64,000 nucleotides of DNA, taken from positions 4,018 through 68,017 of the forward strand of contig CAZYTL010000001.1 in the NCBI GenBank assembly GCA_964650355.1. Reading direction: 5' to 3'. The notes beneath the pieces are model-generated. The model was given only the letters and a program-made list of their open reading frames with translations, did not search any database and had not been told where the DNA came from. This document shows, one piece after another, positions 9,928 to 20,014 of the stretch. This DNA comes from an uncultured Gammaproteobacteria bacterium. GTDB lineage: Bacteria; Patescibacteriota; Microgenomatia; CAYXHB01; CAZYTL01. Every line of letters starts with the position of its first letter. The stretch's first letter is position 1. The position numbers and the translations under genes were made by a program.

Positions 9928-11001
9928 TTATACTCCTGGCGTGAATAATCTCCTTAAGAATCCCATTACTCCCGGTTGGGTTTTGAGTTGCCATTCTTCA
10001 TCGATAACAGCGGAAGCGCTCTTTCCTTTATCTGTAACTACACTTGATAAATTCGTTTTCAATTGATCAGCAGTGAAGCCTTGTTTCCAGGCTGCTCGTA
10101 TCTCAGTTCTCAGGTCACCTTCATTTACAGTGGTGTTTGTTGATTCCTCTGATGGCTGCTCATATAAACTAGTTGTTCCAGAGGTTGGATCAAAAAATCC
10201 AACCACGTTCCCAAAGGCATCTTTCACTTGCTGTTTGGCATATGTGCCACTACCTGAACCGCCGGCTTTTGCGCGATTGGTCTGAGCTTCATAGAGTTTT
10301 AATTCAAACTCTTTTTCCCAACGATCTTCTTCTTTTGTTGCAGCAAGTTCTGAGGATCTGACCTGGTTGTATGTATTTATTAACCCGCCTAAAAATTGGA
10401 GATCGTAACGGAGGTTATTTAGTTTTGCTTCCTTACCCTGAGTTTCCATTGCCACTTTGCGCGTAATTTCACCAAGTCTTGCGTTGTAATCTTCGGCTTT
10501 TGCATTTCGTTCCTCGATCAGGTTGTTAATCTTTGCATTGGCGAGCCTTTGAACTTCTCCAGATTCGCCTGTAATAGTAGCGGCCGAATATCCAGGGTTT
10601 TTCCTAATTTTGCTAACTGACTCATCACGAACATTTTTTTCTTTCGCAATGTCCGTATCCAAAGAGCTGATGGTGTCTTTCAAGGTATCCAGTTTTGCTT
10701 TGCTGTATTCTTCGTCATATCGTTTTGTCTGATATCCCTCAAGCTCACCTGAAAGCTCGTTTGCTTTTTTGTAAGTATCCTGAAAATTTGTGTTGAGGGT
10801 TCCGATGTCAAAACCCAGAATTTTATTCGAGCCACTACTTAGTTCAGAAAGACCTGAGCTAAGGTTTGTAGTCGATTGTTGTTTTGTTGGTTCAGTACCT
10901 TCTGTCCAAATGTCTTTTCCGGAGGAATCTGTACCCCACCAGCGGAGAGCCTTGTTGTCATTTGGTTGCCAGTACCAACCACCGTATTGCTTATCTGCCA
11001 T
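9928..11001 (-). CDS. putative internal virion/ejection protein
   Basis: Coiled-coil rich with a Gly/Ser linker; directly upstream of the giant ejection protein. Confidence 0.55.
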   Translation of the reverse strand: MADKQYGGWYWQPNDNKALRWWGTDSSGKDIWTEGTEPTKQQSTTNLSSGLSELSSGSNKILGFDIGTLNTNFQDTYKKANELSGELEGYQTKRYDEEYSKAKLDTLKDTISSLDTDIAKEKNVRDESVSKIRKNPGYSAATITGESGEVQRLANAKINNLIEERNAKAEDYNARLGEITRKVAMETQGKEAKLNNLRYDLQFLGGLINTYNQVRSSELAATKEEDRWEKEFELKLYEAQTNRAKAGGSGSGTYAKQQVKDAFGNVVGFFDPTSGTTSLYEQPSEESTNTTVNEGDLRTEIRAAWKQGFTADQLKTNLSSVVTDKGKSASAVIDEEWQLKTQPGVMGFLRRLFTPGV

Positions 11002-11234
11002 TACGAAGCACCTCCTTTCTGACCTTTAGTTACCTGATTAATTTTTCCGCTACTAAGGTCAAAGGTGTATTCGCTGTTCACATCGAGTCCGTATTTGAAA
11101 TACTTATTAACAAGCCAACGATCTTTTTGTGATTCCAAAGCCTGAACAACTAACTTGTATTGATTAATCATCTGCATTCGCGCTTGCAGTTCATCGAGAT
11201 CTGATTTGTCTAGTTTTTTAGTTTTTTTGAACAT
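11001..11234 (-). CDS. small phage protein (possible fibre chaperone)
   Basis: 77 aa; overlaps both neighbouring genes. Confidence 0.55.
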   Translation of the reverse strand: MFKKTKKLDKSDLDELQARMQMINQYKLVVQALESQKDRWLVNKYFKYGLDVNSEYTFDLSSGKINQVTKGQKGGAS

Positions 11235-12549
11235 AAGTATTGACCTCCTCTCTGCCTGACATAGTGATAAACTTTCGCCTGTAATCAGCGATTTTTTCTT
11301 CTATGTCGGGACCGCCTCGTTTTCGTATAAGGCTTATTTGGTGTTCAAGGTATCTTTGCTTGAAAGATGCTTCGTCTTCACCGTCTTGCTTGAGTAGTGG
11401 TTCACCTTCTGGTTCAAAATCAAAGTCAAAATAGCCATCACGGACGGTATAGACGCAGAAATCAAACGCTACATTCGAAACACCACCGAGCATTTCTTTT
11501 ACCAAGAGATACTCGTTAGTCAGTTCTGAGATATACAAACCGTTACAATCGGCTCGGGGAGTCAAGTATGCAGTTACATTTCGGGGATCGCTGACCGCTA
11601 TAAAGTGGTCTGGGAAGTCAATTCGTGTCTGTCCGTTACTGAGATTTACTGTTCCTCTATAAACGAGGAGAACTTCTGCTGCCTCGATACCAGTATACAC
11701 CAATCTATGGCCCTTTTTCCGGGGGTGTGGAATGGAGAAGTTGGATGTTCCTGTTTTATTAATGTTGCCAGCAACATTTAAAGCCTCCAAACCTGAGACT
11801 AAGATATTAACTTTGTCAAAATAGCCATAACCACCATAGATGCGATCGGCACTCATTTGTCCGGCATTTACCTTACCGGCATTCAAGTCATTGACTTCTG
11901 CGTTGGTTACAGCTAAATCCTGAATCTTTGCCGTAGAAATGGCCGCATTCATGATTCTGGAGTTTCCAACCTGAAGCAAACCTATTTTGGCATTGGTGAT
12001 AGTTGCATCTGCTATCTCTGCTGCAGTCACAGCTAAGTCCTGGATTTTAGCTGTACTGATAGCAGCGTTGGCGATTCTGGAGTTACCTACCTCTAAAGCT
12101 CCAATCTTGGCGTTGGTAATGGCAGCATCAGCAATTTCAGCATTGGTCACCGCCGCATCTTGTATTTTTGCTGTTGAAATTGCGGCATTGGCTATACGTG
12201 AGTTAGTGATCTGTGCCAAGCCAATATGTGCGGTTAGGATGATAGCTTCTTCAATCTGAGCTGAAAGAGTTATGACAGAACCGGCTTTATAAACCTTTGC
12301 TGCGGTTATGGCATCGTCCTTTATTTTTTGAGTTGCTACAGCCGCATTTGCTAGTTTTTCTTCAGTTACTGAAAAATCATCCAGCTCAGTGTCGCTAACA
12401 GCTCCTGGTTTTATGTTTACGCTATCTACAGAGTTCGGAGCTAAAAGTGGAGAATCAACTCCGTTATGCCTGTGAGGCACTACCTCAGGAAAAGGTTGGT
12501 CTTGTATCTTTTTGTTTTCTAGTACTTTTTTTATTTGTTTCGTTAACAT
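11218..12549 (-). CDS. tail fibre with 10-aa repeats and a C-terminal chaperone/autocleavage-like domain
   Basis: AAISTAKIQD-type decads; C-terminal FSIPHP...LVYRGTV...LTP region. Confidence 0.7.
   Translation of the reverse strand: MLTKQIKKVLENKKIQDQPFPEVVPHRHNGVDSPLLAPNSVDSVNIKPGAVSDTELDDFSVTEEKLANAAVATQKIKDDAITAAKVYKAGSVITLSAQIEEAIILTAHIGLAQITNSRIANAAISTAKIQDAAVTNAEIADAAITNAKIGALEVGNSRIANAAISTAKIQDLAVTAAEIADATITNAKIGLLQVGNSRIMNAAISTAKIQDLAVTNAEVNDLNAGKVNAGQMSADRIYGGYGYFDKVNILVSGLEALNVAGNINKTGTSNFSIPHPRKKGHRLVYTGIEAAEVLLVYRGTVNLSNGQTRIDFPDHFIAVSDPRNVTAYLTPRADCNGLYISELTNEYLLVKEMLGGVSNVAFDFCVYTVRDGYFDFDFEPEGEPLLKQDGEDEASFKQRYLEHQISLIRKRGGPDIEEKIADYRRKFITMSGREEVNTYVQKN
11893..12204 (-). repeat. 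~2.6 tandem 120-bp (40-aa) coding repeats
   Basis: NSRI(A/M)NAAISTAKIQD starts at 12204, 12084 and 11964. Confidence 0.85.
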
Positions 12550-12553
12550 AGTT

Positions 12554-13999
12554 TTATAAAATTCCTAACGGGTCAAAATAGGTTGTTGCTGAAATGATTT
12601 CCGGAGTGTCATTACCGTTTGGATGTAAGTTCATTGCCAATTCGTACTCCTCACCTGCGCCTGGATCTTCCTCATCACCGCCAGTTTCAATCGTGAATAT
12701 TGCCTTTGACTTTCCTTCCTTATCGAAAAGTTCAGCACCATCCTGCATCGTGGCTTTTTGCCAATCTGCTTGTTGGTTAACTTTGAAAAATACTTCAATA
12801 CTGCAGTCCTGAGGTAGTGGTTTCGTGACTAGCTTGATGTGTCGAAAACCTTTTTGAGTAAATGACTCTCCGCCATCAAAAACGAGCCCTTCATATCTGG
12901 CTTCCGCTTTGTTATCAGAATCGATAATATCCACACCAAAATCCGAGCCGTTCTTCCAGGAACAGTGGAGCTTGTCTTCATACATGGTTAAAGCTCCCAA
13001 CAACACGTTTTCTAGTTGGCCGTGAGAGGGTACATACTCAAGATTTAGAGCATAGGGGTCATTTTTGTTTAATCGGCCGTATGAATAAATACCGCATTTA
13101 TCACTACCATTAACTCCAAGTAGAGGTAAGCCACCCATAATAGTCACCCCGCCTGGATTTACCCAGCCATATTCCCCGGGAAGTTTCTTGATTCGTAGTA
13201 GGCTGGAGGTATCCCAAAAATAAAGCCCGCCTCTGACTCCTGCTTGAATTAGTAAAAATTCTCCTTGCAGTAATGCATTAATACCACGCTCTGCCACCAT
13301 TCTTCGCTGGATCCATGAAGGTTGAATCTTATCCCATGTCCATAGCCATCCTTCTTCTACCTTGTCACCTTTGGTTGATCCGAAAACTACCAATTGATCT
13401 AAACCGAATAAGCATTTGTTTCTATGACCTAAAGGAAGATCAATGGCATCTAAGTTAAAGCCTCCCTCGTAGTCAACCATTGCCAGATCTTTGGAGTCAC
13501 AAATAAGTAAAACGCCCAGAGCTTCGCTCATGGTGTGCCAGCTAGGATCACCGTCAAGTGACTGCCAATCATGCTCTACATCAGTAGACCAATTGCCTGA
13601 TAGTTTAATCCTGCTGAGCTTAGTTTCTGTTGCCCAATAAAGGTAAGGAACGTAATTATCAGAACCGTCATTGTTTGTATATTCTGCGGCTCCGATAATT
13701 GCGCCATTTGAGTCTGTGTAAACCAGTTCCCAGGCTCCACTGCCGCCCTGTTTCCTGTAAATGCGGCCAGTATCTCCAAAGCCGTACAGATTGCCGTTAG
13801 AAGCGGGAACAAAGAAGAGGATGAGGTCTGTAACTACCGTGTCGCTATCTATATCTTCTTTGAGTCGTTGATTGCATTTGAGTGTGTTTTCATCGCCACG
13901 AATGTTCAGACCATAGCCAAAACGGAAAGATTCCCTAACACCTTGATAGGGGTCATCTGCAATTCCGCCTCTAAAACCCTGTATTCTATATGCATTCAT
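12554..13999 (-). CDS. tail nozzle/hub (beta-propeller-like) protein
   Basis: N-terminal GFRGGI, beta-rich composition, position after the adaptor gene. Confidence 0.6.
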   Translation of the reverse strand: MNAYRIQGFRGGIADDPYQGVRESFRFGYGLNIRGDENTLKCNQRLKEDIDSDTVVTDLILFFVPASNGNLYGFGDTGRIYRKQGGSGAWELVYTDSNGAIIGAAEYTNNDGSDNYVPYLYWATETKLSRIKLSGNWSTDVEHDWQSLDGDPSWHTMSEALGVLLICDSKDLAMVDYEGGFNLDAIDLPLGHRNKCLFGLDQLVVFGSTKGDKVEEGWLWTWDKIQPSWIQRRMVAERGINALLQGEFLLIQAGVRGGLYFWDTSSLLRIKKLPGEYGWVNPGGVTIMGGLPLLGVNGSDKCGIYSYGRLNKNDPYALNLEYVPSHGQLENVLLGALTMYEDKLHCSWKNGSDFGVDIIDSDNKAEARYEGLVFDGGESFTQKGFRHIKLVTKPLPQDCSIEVFFKVNQQADWQKATMQDGAELFDKEGKSKAIFTIETGGDEEDPGAGEEYELAMNLHPNGNDTPEIISATTYFDPLGIL

Positions 14000-14005
14000 A
14001 GTGTT

Positions 14006-14710
14006 TTATGACCATCTGATATTTTTCGCTTGACCAATGAAGACGCTTGATGGTTCTTCGTCTTCACGGTCTTTTATTTGCTGTAACAAGGCATGCGCCT
14101 CAACAACCTCTTTTTCAGCGTCTTTTTTCCGACCTGGAGCCTTCGCTAGACAGGTACCCAGGGCCAATTTAAGAACTGGCTCATCCATTTCTTCAGGAGT
14201 AATCGGTTCATCGGTTTCTTCAACCAATCGAACAGGTCGGCGTTTATAAAATAAATCGATAACTTTCCCTTCAATTTCCAGTACTGGGTCCAAAAAGTAT
14301 TGATCGCCTATGACGGCGTAGACTTTTTGCCAACGCCAGTCTGTATGACTTGATGGATGTACAACGTCGAGAGAAGGATGGAATGTGGGAGCTATTTTGT
14401 TATCAGATTTTCTGCTTAGGTACTGGTTTTCAGTTACTTTATGATGCTCCTCACCATCAACAGACAAGAAAACCATTCCACCTGGCTTATAATCGAATGG
14501 TAAAAAGTAAGATTCTTTTCCGGATCCATCCGGATTAAGTTCGGTCAGTTGAGTGGCATGTTTGCTTAAAAACTTCCACCGTGCAAAATTGCAGGCACGG
14601 ATAATCGCTTTGTTAATCCAACGATCTTTAGCGGAATTCTTCCAGAAACCGCTTACTTTTGAAGCAGTTATTCTGGCATTTAAATCTTCTCTAAATTCTT
14701 GTAATTGCAT
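14006..14710 (-). CDS. head-tail adaptor protein
   Basis: Likely start MQLQEFREDL at 14710 (track ORF runs to 14824). WINKAI...ARWKFL...Y.LP.DY pattern of podoviral adaptors. Confidence 0.6.
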   Translation of the reverse strand: MQLQEFREDLNARITASKVSGFWKNSAKDRWINKAIIRACNFARWKFLSKHATQLTELNPDGSGKESYFLPFDYKPGGMVFLSVDGEEHHKVTENQYLSRKSDNKIAPTFHPSLDVVHPSSHTDWRWQKVYAVIGDQYFLDPVLEIEGKVIDLFYKRRPVRLVEETDEPITPEEMDEPVLKLALGTCLAKAPGRKKDAEKEVVEAHALLQQIKDREDEEPSSVFIGQAKNIRWS

Positions 14711-14720
14711 AGTTTTTTGT

Positions 14721-16385
14721 TTACTGGAGATTTCCAGTTGCTCGATAATGTTGAACATATGGCAACAGAGCGTTCCCCGGACAATTAGTTGCCGATTCAG
14801 GTACTTCTCCGTGACCCAAAACACGTTCTTTAGGGATACTTCGCTCTTGTCGCAACTCGTCGAGAACTGTTTGTAGGGTTTCTAATTGAGCTGCCGTAGG
14901 GGTTTCGTTGTTGTGGAAGTTGCCGCACAGGACTACACCAAGGGATCGGTAGTTCATCTTGTTGCTATCGCAGTGAGCTCCTATTACGTTATCTGGACGA
15001 CCTAAGATCAGGACTCCATCGCCATCAAGAGCACCGGCAACCCATTTGTGATATCCAATATCATCCCAACCGTAGCCGATATGAGCTTTTTTTATTGTTT
15101 GAAAATAGGTGTTGTCTCTGGGAGTTGCCGAATGGTGAACAATGATAAATTCTGGATAGTTTGCCTTGTTGTAGACCTCGATGTCTTTATCGCGCGTTGT
15201 AACTCTGCGCTCACGAGTCCAGGCAATCACTAACTGAGGCGCGTATTTACCAGAATCCTGGTTGTAGTCCCAGATATATTTAGTGTTTCCATGTCCCGAA
15301 AAATAGTTTTCTAAAATAATTCCAAGCTTGCTTCCTGCCCAGCCTGGACGATCAATAATTTCCTGAATTACTCCTTTTAACTCTGGAGACTCGTAAACAC
15401 TCTCTGCTGTCCAATGATCTCCTATAAGCACTCCTGCTTCAGCGTGGCCAGTATTCCATTGGATTTCTGAGGCTGTTTTACTTCTCAGAGAAGGTCTATT
15501 TGATCCATCTGATTGAAAAACTGCAGCATCGTCTTCAGCAATACCTTTTATGAGAATGTTGGCATGACCGTTATTCTGTATTGGGCTTGTTACGAGAAGT
15601 TTGGCTGAGAGAATCTCGACACCCTGAGGTAGAGAGATCGGGCTAAAGATAAATCCTGCATCATTGGCGGATTCGTCAGGATCTAGGCTACCATCATCAC
15701 CAAATGTGGTCATATTATTTTGATAACCACTCGGATACCAGGTTGTTTTGTAGTCTTCCTCTCCATCTCTGTCGTTACCTTGAATAAACCCAACAGTTAT
15801 TTGTTCGTGTAATCCCTGAGGCAGATAGTAGATTTCCAACTCTGCTTGATAACCATCCCCTTTACTGAAGTCAAAGCAGGTTTTTGATTGGTCTGAAGGG
15901 CTACCATCGTCTTCAATAACAAATGCAATAGCGTTCCCAGGTCTCCAGTTTGTTTGGGCAACAAGTTCTTCCACGATTAAGTTCAAATTAGGTGTTTGAA
16001 CCCATTCGTGGACATTCCATTTTTTGATGATGTCCCAATCCACAGAATTAACTGTTTTATTTCTCGTTGACGGACGGTCAGAGCCATCCGACTTGAATGG
16101 AGCGGGATCTGACTCTTTTATTCCCTTTATTTTTAGATTAACTGTAAAATCGCTACCATCGCTTACAGCAGGTCTTAGTTTTAGTCTTGCAAGAAAAATT
16201 TTTGAGAACTGAGGTATATCAATCCCCCTAAATCTAAAGGCGGCTGTTTGGGTTCCTGTATAGTTTCCAAACGTTATAATCCCTGACGAATTACCATCTT
16301 TATTCCAAGTTGAAGAGCCAGCTTCCTTGCCATCGTCAGAGTTCTGTTGAACTGTTGCTGTTATCTTCAGTACTTGGTTTGTCAT
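14721..16385 (-). CDS. two DNRLRE-like beta domains plus C-terminal N-acetylmuramoyl-L-alanine amidase (Amidase_2)
   Basis: Amidase motifs IIVHHSAT, GYH, GAH, GHGEV and TNCPG; two internal repeats. Confidence 0.8.
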   Translation of the reverse strand: MTNQVLKITATVQQNSDDGKEAGSSTWNKDGNSSGIITFGNYTGTQTAAFRFRGIDIPQFSKIFLARLKLRPAVSDGSDFTVNLKIKGIKESDPAPFKSDGSDRPSTRNKTVNSVDWDIIKKWNVHEWVQTPNLNLIVEELVAQTNWRPGNAIAFVIEDDGSPSDQSKTCFDFSKGDGYQAELEIYYLPQGLHEQITVGFIQGNDRDGEEDYKTTWYPSGYQNNMTTFGDDGSLDPDESANDAGFIFSPISLPQGVEILSAKLLVTSPIQNNGHANILIKGIAEDDAAVFQSDGSNRPSLRSKTASEIQWNTGHAEAGVLIGDHWTAESVYESPELKGVIQEIIDRPGWAGSKLGIILENYFSGHGNTKYIWDYNQDSGKYAPQLVIAWTRERRVTTRDKDIEVYNKANYPEFIIVHHSATPRDNTYFQTIKKAHIGYGWDDIGYHKWVAGALDGDGVLILGRPDNVIGAHCDSNKMNYRSLGVVLCGNFHNNETPTAAQLETLQTVLDELRQERSIPKERVLGHGEVPESATNCPGNALLPYVQHYRATGNLQ

Positions 16386-16650
16386 AATCTTTTTTGTTGT
16401 TTTTAACAGGAACGTCTAATTTGACGTTAATTCTGGCGTTACTTTTAACTCCAACCAGCTTCATGATTCTTCTGATTGCAGCTATAGTTGAACCACCTTT
16501 GCCGATAAGAGCGCCGGCATCCTGGTTGTCTAAGCGAACGATTAACAAGACACCCATTTCATCTACCTTGCGTTCAACTGCAACACTTTCCGGTTTATTG
16601 GTTATTGCTTTGACTATTTGTTCTAGTAGAGCTATATCGCTTCCTTGCAT
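16336..16650 (-). CDS. KH-domain RNA-binding protein (KhpA/YlqC-like)
   Basis: LLEQIVKAITNKPESV...DAGALIGKGGSTIAAIR with the GxxG loop; AGGAGGTG RBS. Confidence 0.85.
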   Translation of the reverse strand: MQGSDIALLEQIVKAITNKPESVAVERKVDEMGVLLIVRLDNQDAGALIGKGGSTIAAIRRIMKLVGVKSNARINVKLDVPVKNNKKDYDKPSTEDNSNSSTEL

Positions 16651-16675
16651 GGTTTGTTCACCTCCTTTTCATTTG

Positions 16676-17692
16676 TTAAATAGCATTTGGTTCTATTGTT
16701 AGTAACAGTTCGGCTGCATTTGCGGCTCCACTGTTAAAGTCCCAAATGTTTTCATATTGATTTGCTGGACTGGCATCATCCTCAATTGACAAAGCCAACG
16801 CTTTCCCGTCAAATTCTGCTTGCTGGATAATTTCATTTATTACTGAAGCTATGTCAGGAGACTCATACCAAGTGTTTAGAGCCCAATCTTCTGCAATATC
16901 CCAATCCACCCCAGCAGTCGTTTTGTTTCTGGTTGAAGGTCGATCACTCCCATCACCAGCGAATGTATCGGGGCTTGCTTCTAAAATTCCTCTGATTTTC
17001 AAAGTTGGCCGTTTAGTAGAATTCACAGCCGCTTTAACTCGTAGGATGGCACTTGTTACCTTGGCGTTGTTGGGAATGAAGGCTCGAAGGAATCTTAGAC
17101 CAGCATCACAACTGCCAGTGTTATCGTTGCCAATGCTTACTTGATTGGCAGTGAAGCCATTGGGATACCAGGTTGTATCGTAGTCTTCCTCGCCATCATC
17201 GTTGTTTCCCAATATTTTAAGTTTTGAGATGATGACCTTATCAAGTTTCGGGTCTAGTTCTGAAGGCGTTGCGAAATCTGTAGGATTTGATCCAGAATCT
17301 TTTGGTAAACCATTACTATCGAAGGCTACAAGATTGTTTTCAATAGCGCCGCTGACTCCAGCATGAGCGACTGGGTCATCCATGTCGTGTTGCCCAGGCG
17401 TTGCAGAAATAACCACCCAAGCAGAACCGTTATAAGTGTAAATTTTGTTTTCATCTTCTACCCAGCAGGCAAAGCCTTCGTTTGGAGTAGTGAAGATCCA
17501 AGTAGAGCCATTAAATTGTGCTATATCGTTGTCATGACCAGCCCATACTCCAGTGGCAGATCCGCCGATTAGATATCTGTCTCCTACTGATTCACCCCCT
17601 GGTGGAGCAGTAAGATCTTTATCGATTACAGAATCCTGCCAGTCAAGCATTTTCAGATCCGTAGCTGATTTTGCACTATTAAATTTGGCCAT
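16676..17692 (-). CDS. virion protein: DUF2793-like N-terminus plus a DNRLRE-like domain
   Basis: PP...GDRYLI...ATGVWAGHDNDIA..NGSTWIF.TPNEG. C-terminal domain is paralogous to the repeats in 14721..16385. Confidence 0.7.
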   Translation of the reverse strand: MAKFNSAKSATDLKMLDWQDSVIDKDLTAPPGGESVGDRYLIGGSATGVWAGHDNDIAQFNGSTWIFTTPNEGFACWVEDENKIYTYNGSAWVVISATPGQHDMDDPVAHAGVSGAIENNLVAFDSNGLPKDSGSNPTDFATPSELDPKLDKVIISKLKILGNNDDGEEDYDTTWYPNGFTANQVSIGNDNTGSCDAGLRFLRAFIPNNAKVTSAILRVKAAVNSTKRPTLKIRGILEASPDTFAGDGSDRPSTRNKTTAGVDWDIAEDWALNTWYESPDIASVINEIIQQAEFDGKALALSIEDDASPANQYENIWDFNSGAANAAELLLTIEPNAI

Positions 17693-17698
17693 ATGTAT

Positions 17699-17995
17699 TT
17701 ATTTTTCGGTTATTATCTCTACGACTTGTCCTGCTACTGACGAGCTGACCACTATCTGAGTTGTGTTTTTAATGCGCAAGGATAGGCTGTCACCAGGGTT
17801 ATCAATAATAAATGGTCCGTTTTTGCTATCATCATCATCGTGGGCAACATTTATTTCACCCGTATTGCCCGTCTTGCTTTTGATAACCACCTCACAACCT
17901 TCTCCGACTTTTATGTCAGGTAATGAGTACCATTCATCCTGATTTGTCAGAGTCACTTGGGCAGTAGTAAAAGTAGGTCTACTATTGCTGGACAT
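17699..17995 (-). CDS. small beta-rich virion protein
   Basis: 98 aa within the structural operon. Confidence 0.55.
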   Translation of the reverse strand: MSSNSRPTFTTAQVTLTNQDEWYSLPDIKVGEGCEVVIKSKTGNTGEINVAHDDDDSKNGPFIIDNPGDSLSLRIKNTTQIVVSSSVAGQVVEIITEK

Positions 17996-18000
17996 AAGTT

Positions 18001-18642
18001 TTAAAACTTCGGCTGTTCAGCCGTACTCCTAACTCCGGTTACAGTCTTTTGGGCATCTGCGCCCTCAGCTGAACCTTTCATTTCAACCTCTTTCTGCTGA
18101 AGAGCTTTCTCTCTGGCAGCCAACTCTTTTTCTCGTTCTTCTAGAGTTCTGAACTTTTCTTGATAGAGTTGATCAACACTCTTACCACCTTTAAGATCAG
18201 CAGTATCGACTTTTCTGAATACATTGCCAAAATTTGGATGATTATCCAGATATTCAACTTCTTCTTGATTGCTAGTCTTGTAAACACCCTCATGGAATTG
18301 AATATATTTCCCTCTGATGATTAGAACTTTGCCACCAACTTCCTTAAGGTAGGAAGGATTCATGACTAGCTTTAATTCAAGGTAGCGGGAGATATAGACA
18401 ACCTCTTTAGGAGTTTCAGCTTTTTGGCTTGTTTGCTTTGTTTCAGGCTGTTGGACCGGAGCATTATCAGAGCCAAGTTCATCATCTTGAGGCGGTTTAT
18501 TTCCAGCAGATTTTTTTGCCTCTTTAATGCGAGCAATAAGCTCAGGTTTTTTGCCGTCTTTCGAGATACCAAGTTGCTTAGCTTCACTCCACAACTCAGC
18601 CATACTCATATCTTCTAGTTGTTTTTCGGTTGTTTCTGTCAT
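18001..18642 (-). CDS. Rho-N/HeH(SAP-like) domain protein
   Basis: MSMAELWSEAKQLGISKDGKKPELIARI; follows the major capsid gene. Confidence 0.65.
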   Translation of the reverse strand: MTETTEKQLEDMSMAELWSEAKQLGISKDGKKPELIARIKEAKKSAGNKPPQDDELGSDNAPVQQPETKQTSQKAETPKEVVYISRYLELKLVMNPSYLKEVGGKVLIIRGKYIQFHEGVYKTSNQEEVEYLDNHPNFGNVFRKVDTADLKGGKSVDQLYQEKFRTLEEREKELAAREKALQQKEVEMKGSAEGADAQKTVTGVRSTAEQPKF

Positions 18643-18697
18643 AATTTTTTCACCTCACTTTCTTTTTTGTCTGATTAATATGGCTCCAGACTTGAGT

Positions 18698-18723
18698 GAA
18701 GGGGTGATAACGCCCACCCCTTC
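18698..18723. terminator. hairpin downstream of the major capsid gene
   Basis: GAAGGGGTG-N8-CACCCCTTC. Confidence 0.45.
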
Positions 18724-18811
18724 TTAGGCGACTACACTGAGTAAGAAAGTGTGTAGTGACTTCCAGTTTTTAGTTTGTTCATTCATAAGTTTTTTCAGTA
18801 ATAAGTGTGCT

Positions 18812-19978
18812 TTAGAGCGAGCCGACACTCATGATTGCGTGACGCTTCTCTTGCTCCATTTGCAGACCACATTCTGTTAGGTATTCATCAACCTGACTGT
18901 CTTCACCAGGGTTTTGACGGTTAGTCAAAAGCTTAGTGTCACGATTGGTCAGGTAGCGGTATGTCAAAGCCTCCATATCTAGACCAACGGCATAGTTACC
19001 GTAAGTCGTTCCAATTAAGAGTGGATGCTTGATGATGTGCAGAGTTCCATGCGGAGAGTCGTAAGTTACGATCCTTAATCCATAGGCTTTAGTAGGGTTA
19101 ACTACCTGGAGTTTCCCTTTAGCCCAACCATTAATCATTGAAACAACTGCTGCGGATGCAAACAGATATTTCTCAGTATTTCCGTGAGCGAAGAGACTCT
19201 CTAGCCATGAATCAAATTCTGATTCTGTGTCAACATTGGCGGTTGCATAGGTTGCGATTCTTCCAAGAATACCGTTAGTAAATCTTTTCGGATGCGTACC
19301 AGAAGTAATGACTCCTTTTTTACCAAACATAAAAGTACGCTCGATATCGACATAGTGTTCGATACCTTTTTTGCGCCTTTGGTAATCAAAGTCATTTTCT
19401 TTAACCCAGCCTTGAGTATTTCTAGCAGTTTCAGTAATACCCACTGGAGTTCGGAAGATCTGACAGTAGTTTGATACTTCGGCAATCGTAGTCGATTTGA
19501 TATCGCGCAAGCCCGCACCTTCTTCATTGGCGTTACCAATGAGCCAAACGTCTCCAACTGCAGAAGCAGCGGATCCAGTTGCCCCACCTAACTCAGCACC
19601 TACTGTTACAGTATTTGCGTCAACTATTGCTGTCACTTGGAAGACCCATTTTTGAGCAGCGACTAAAATTATGTCGCCAACTTGTAAGTATTGGGATTGT
19701 CCAGTGATAGTTAAGTTACCTCCGTCAGGATCAATCGTGCTGGAACCCGTCAATTGACGTTTTCCAAACTCATCTTCAAACCATTTGAATTCTGGATCTG
19801 AAGACTCTCTTTTTTTCAGAGCTTCACCTTCGCCGGTTGCCGGATCTTTTCCTGCGTTCGTCAGAATCGCTAAGAGAGGATATCTGTTGACATCCAATAG
19901 CGATACAACATCCGCCACGTCATATTTGCGTGTTGCACCTACATTACCTGTACCTCTAATTCCTGTTGCTGATGGCAT
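18812..19978 (-). CDS. major capsid protein (DUF5309/SU10-like HK97 fold)
   Basis: FKWFED, NYCQIFRTPVGITET, DIERTFMFG and YDSPHGTLHII; follows the scaffold gene; strong RBS. Confidence 0.85.
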   Translation of the reverse strand: MPSATGIRGTGNVGATRKYDVADVVSLLDVNRYPLLAILTNAGKDPATGEGEALKKRESSDPEFKWFEDEFGKRQLTGSSTIDPDGGNLTITGQSQYLQVGDIILVAAQKWVFQVTAIVDANTVTVGAELGGATGSAASAVGDVWLIGNANEEGAGLRDIKSTTIAEVSNYCQIFRTPVGITETARNTQGWVKENDFDYQRRKKGIEHYVDIERTFMFGKKGVITSGTHPKRFTNGILGRIATYATANVDTESEFDSWLESLFAHGNTEKYLFASAAVVSMINGWAKGKLQVVNPTKAYGLRIVTYDSPHGTLHIIKHPLLIGTTYGNYAVGLDMEALTYRYLTNRDTKLLTNRQNPGEDSQVDEYLTECGLQMEQEKRHAIMSVGSL

Positions 19979-20014
19979 ATTATTTTTTCACCTCCTTTCT
20001 TATTAATTAGGGGA

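Noticed and set aside
11218-17692. Second VR in tail or fibre genes
   Set aside because: No TR-like sequence or GFR-ending CLec motif was found by eye. A sensitive alignment should confirm this.
18724-18786. Third leader switch, or a 20-aa peptide, after the capsid gene (GCCTAA plus hairpins)
   Set aside because: It lacks the CGA/UCG hairpin and GGGGC overlap of the motif; the tiny ORF has no supporting evidence.
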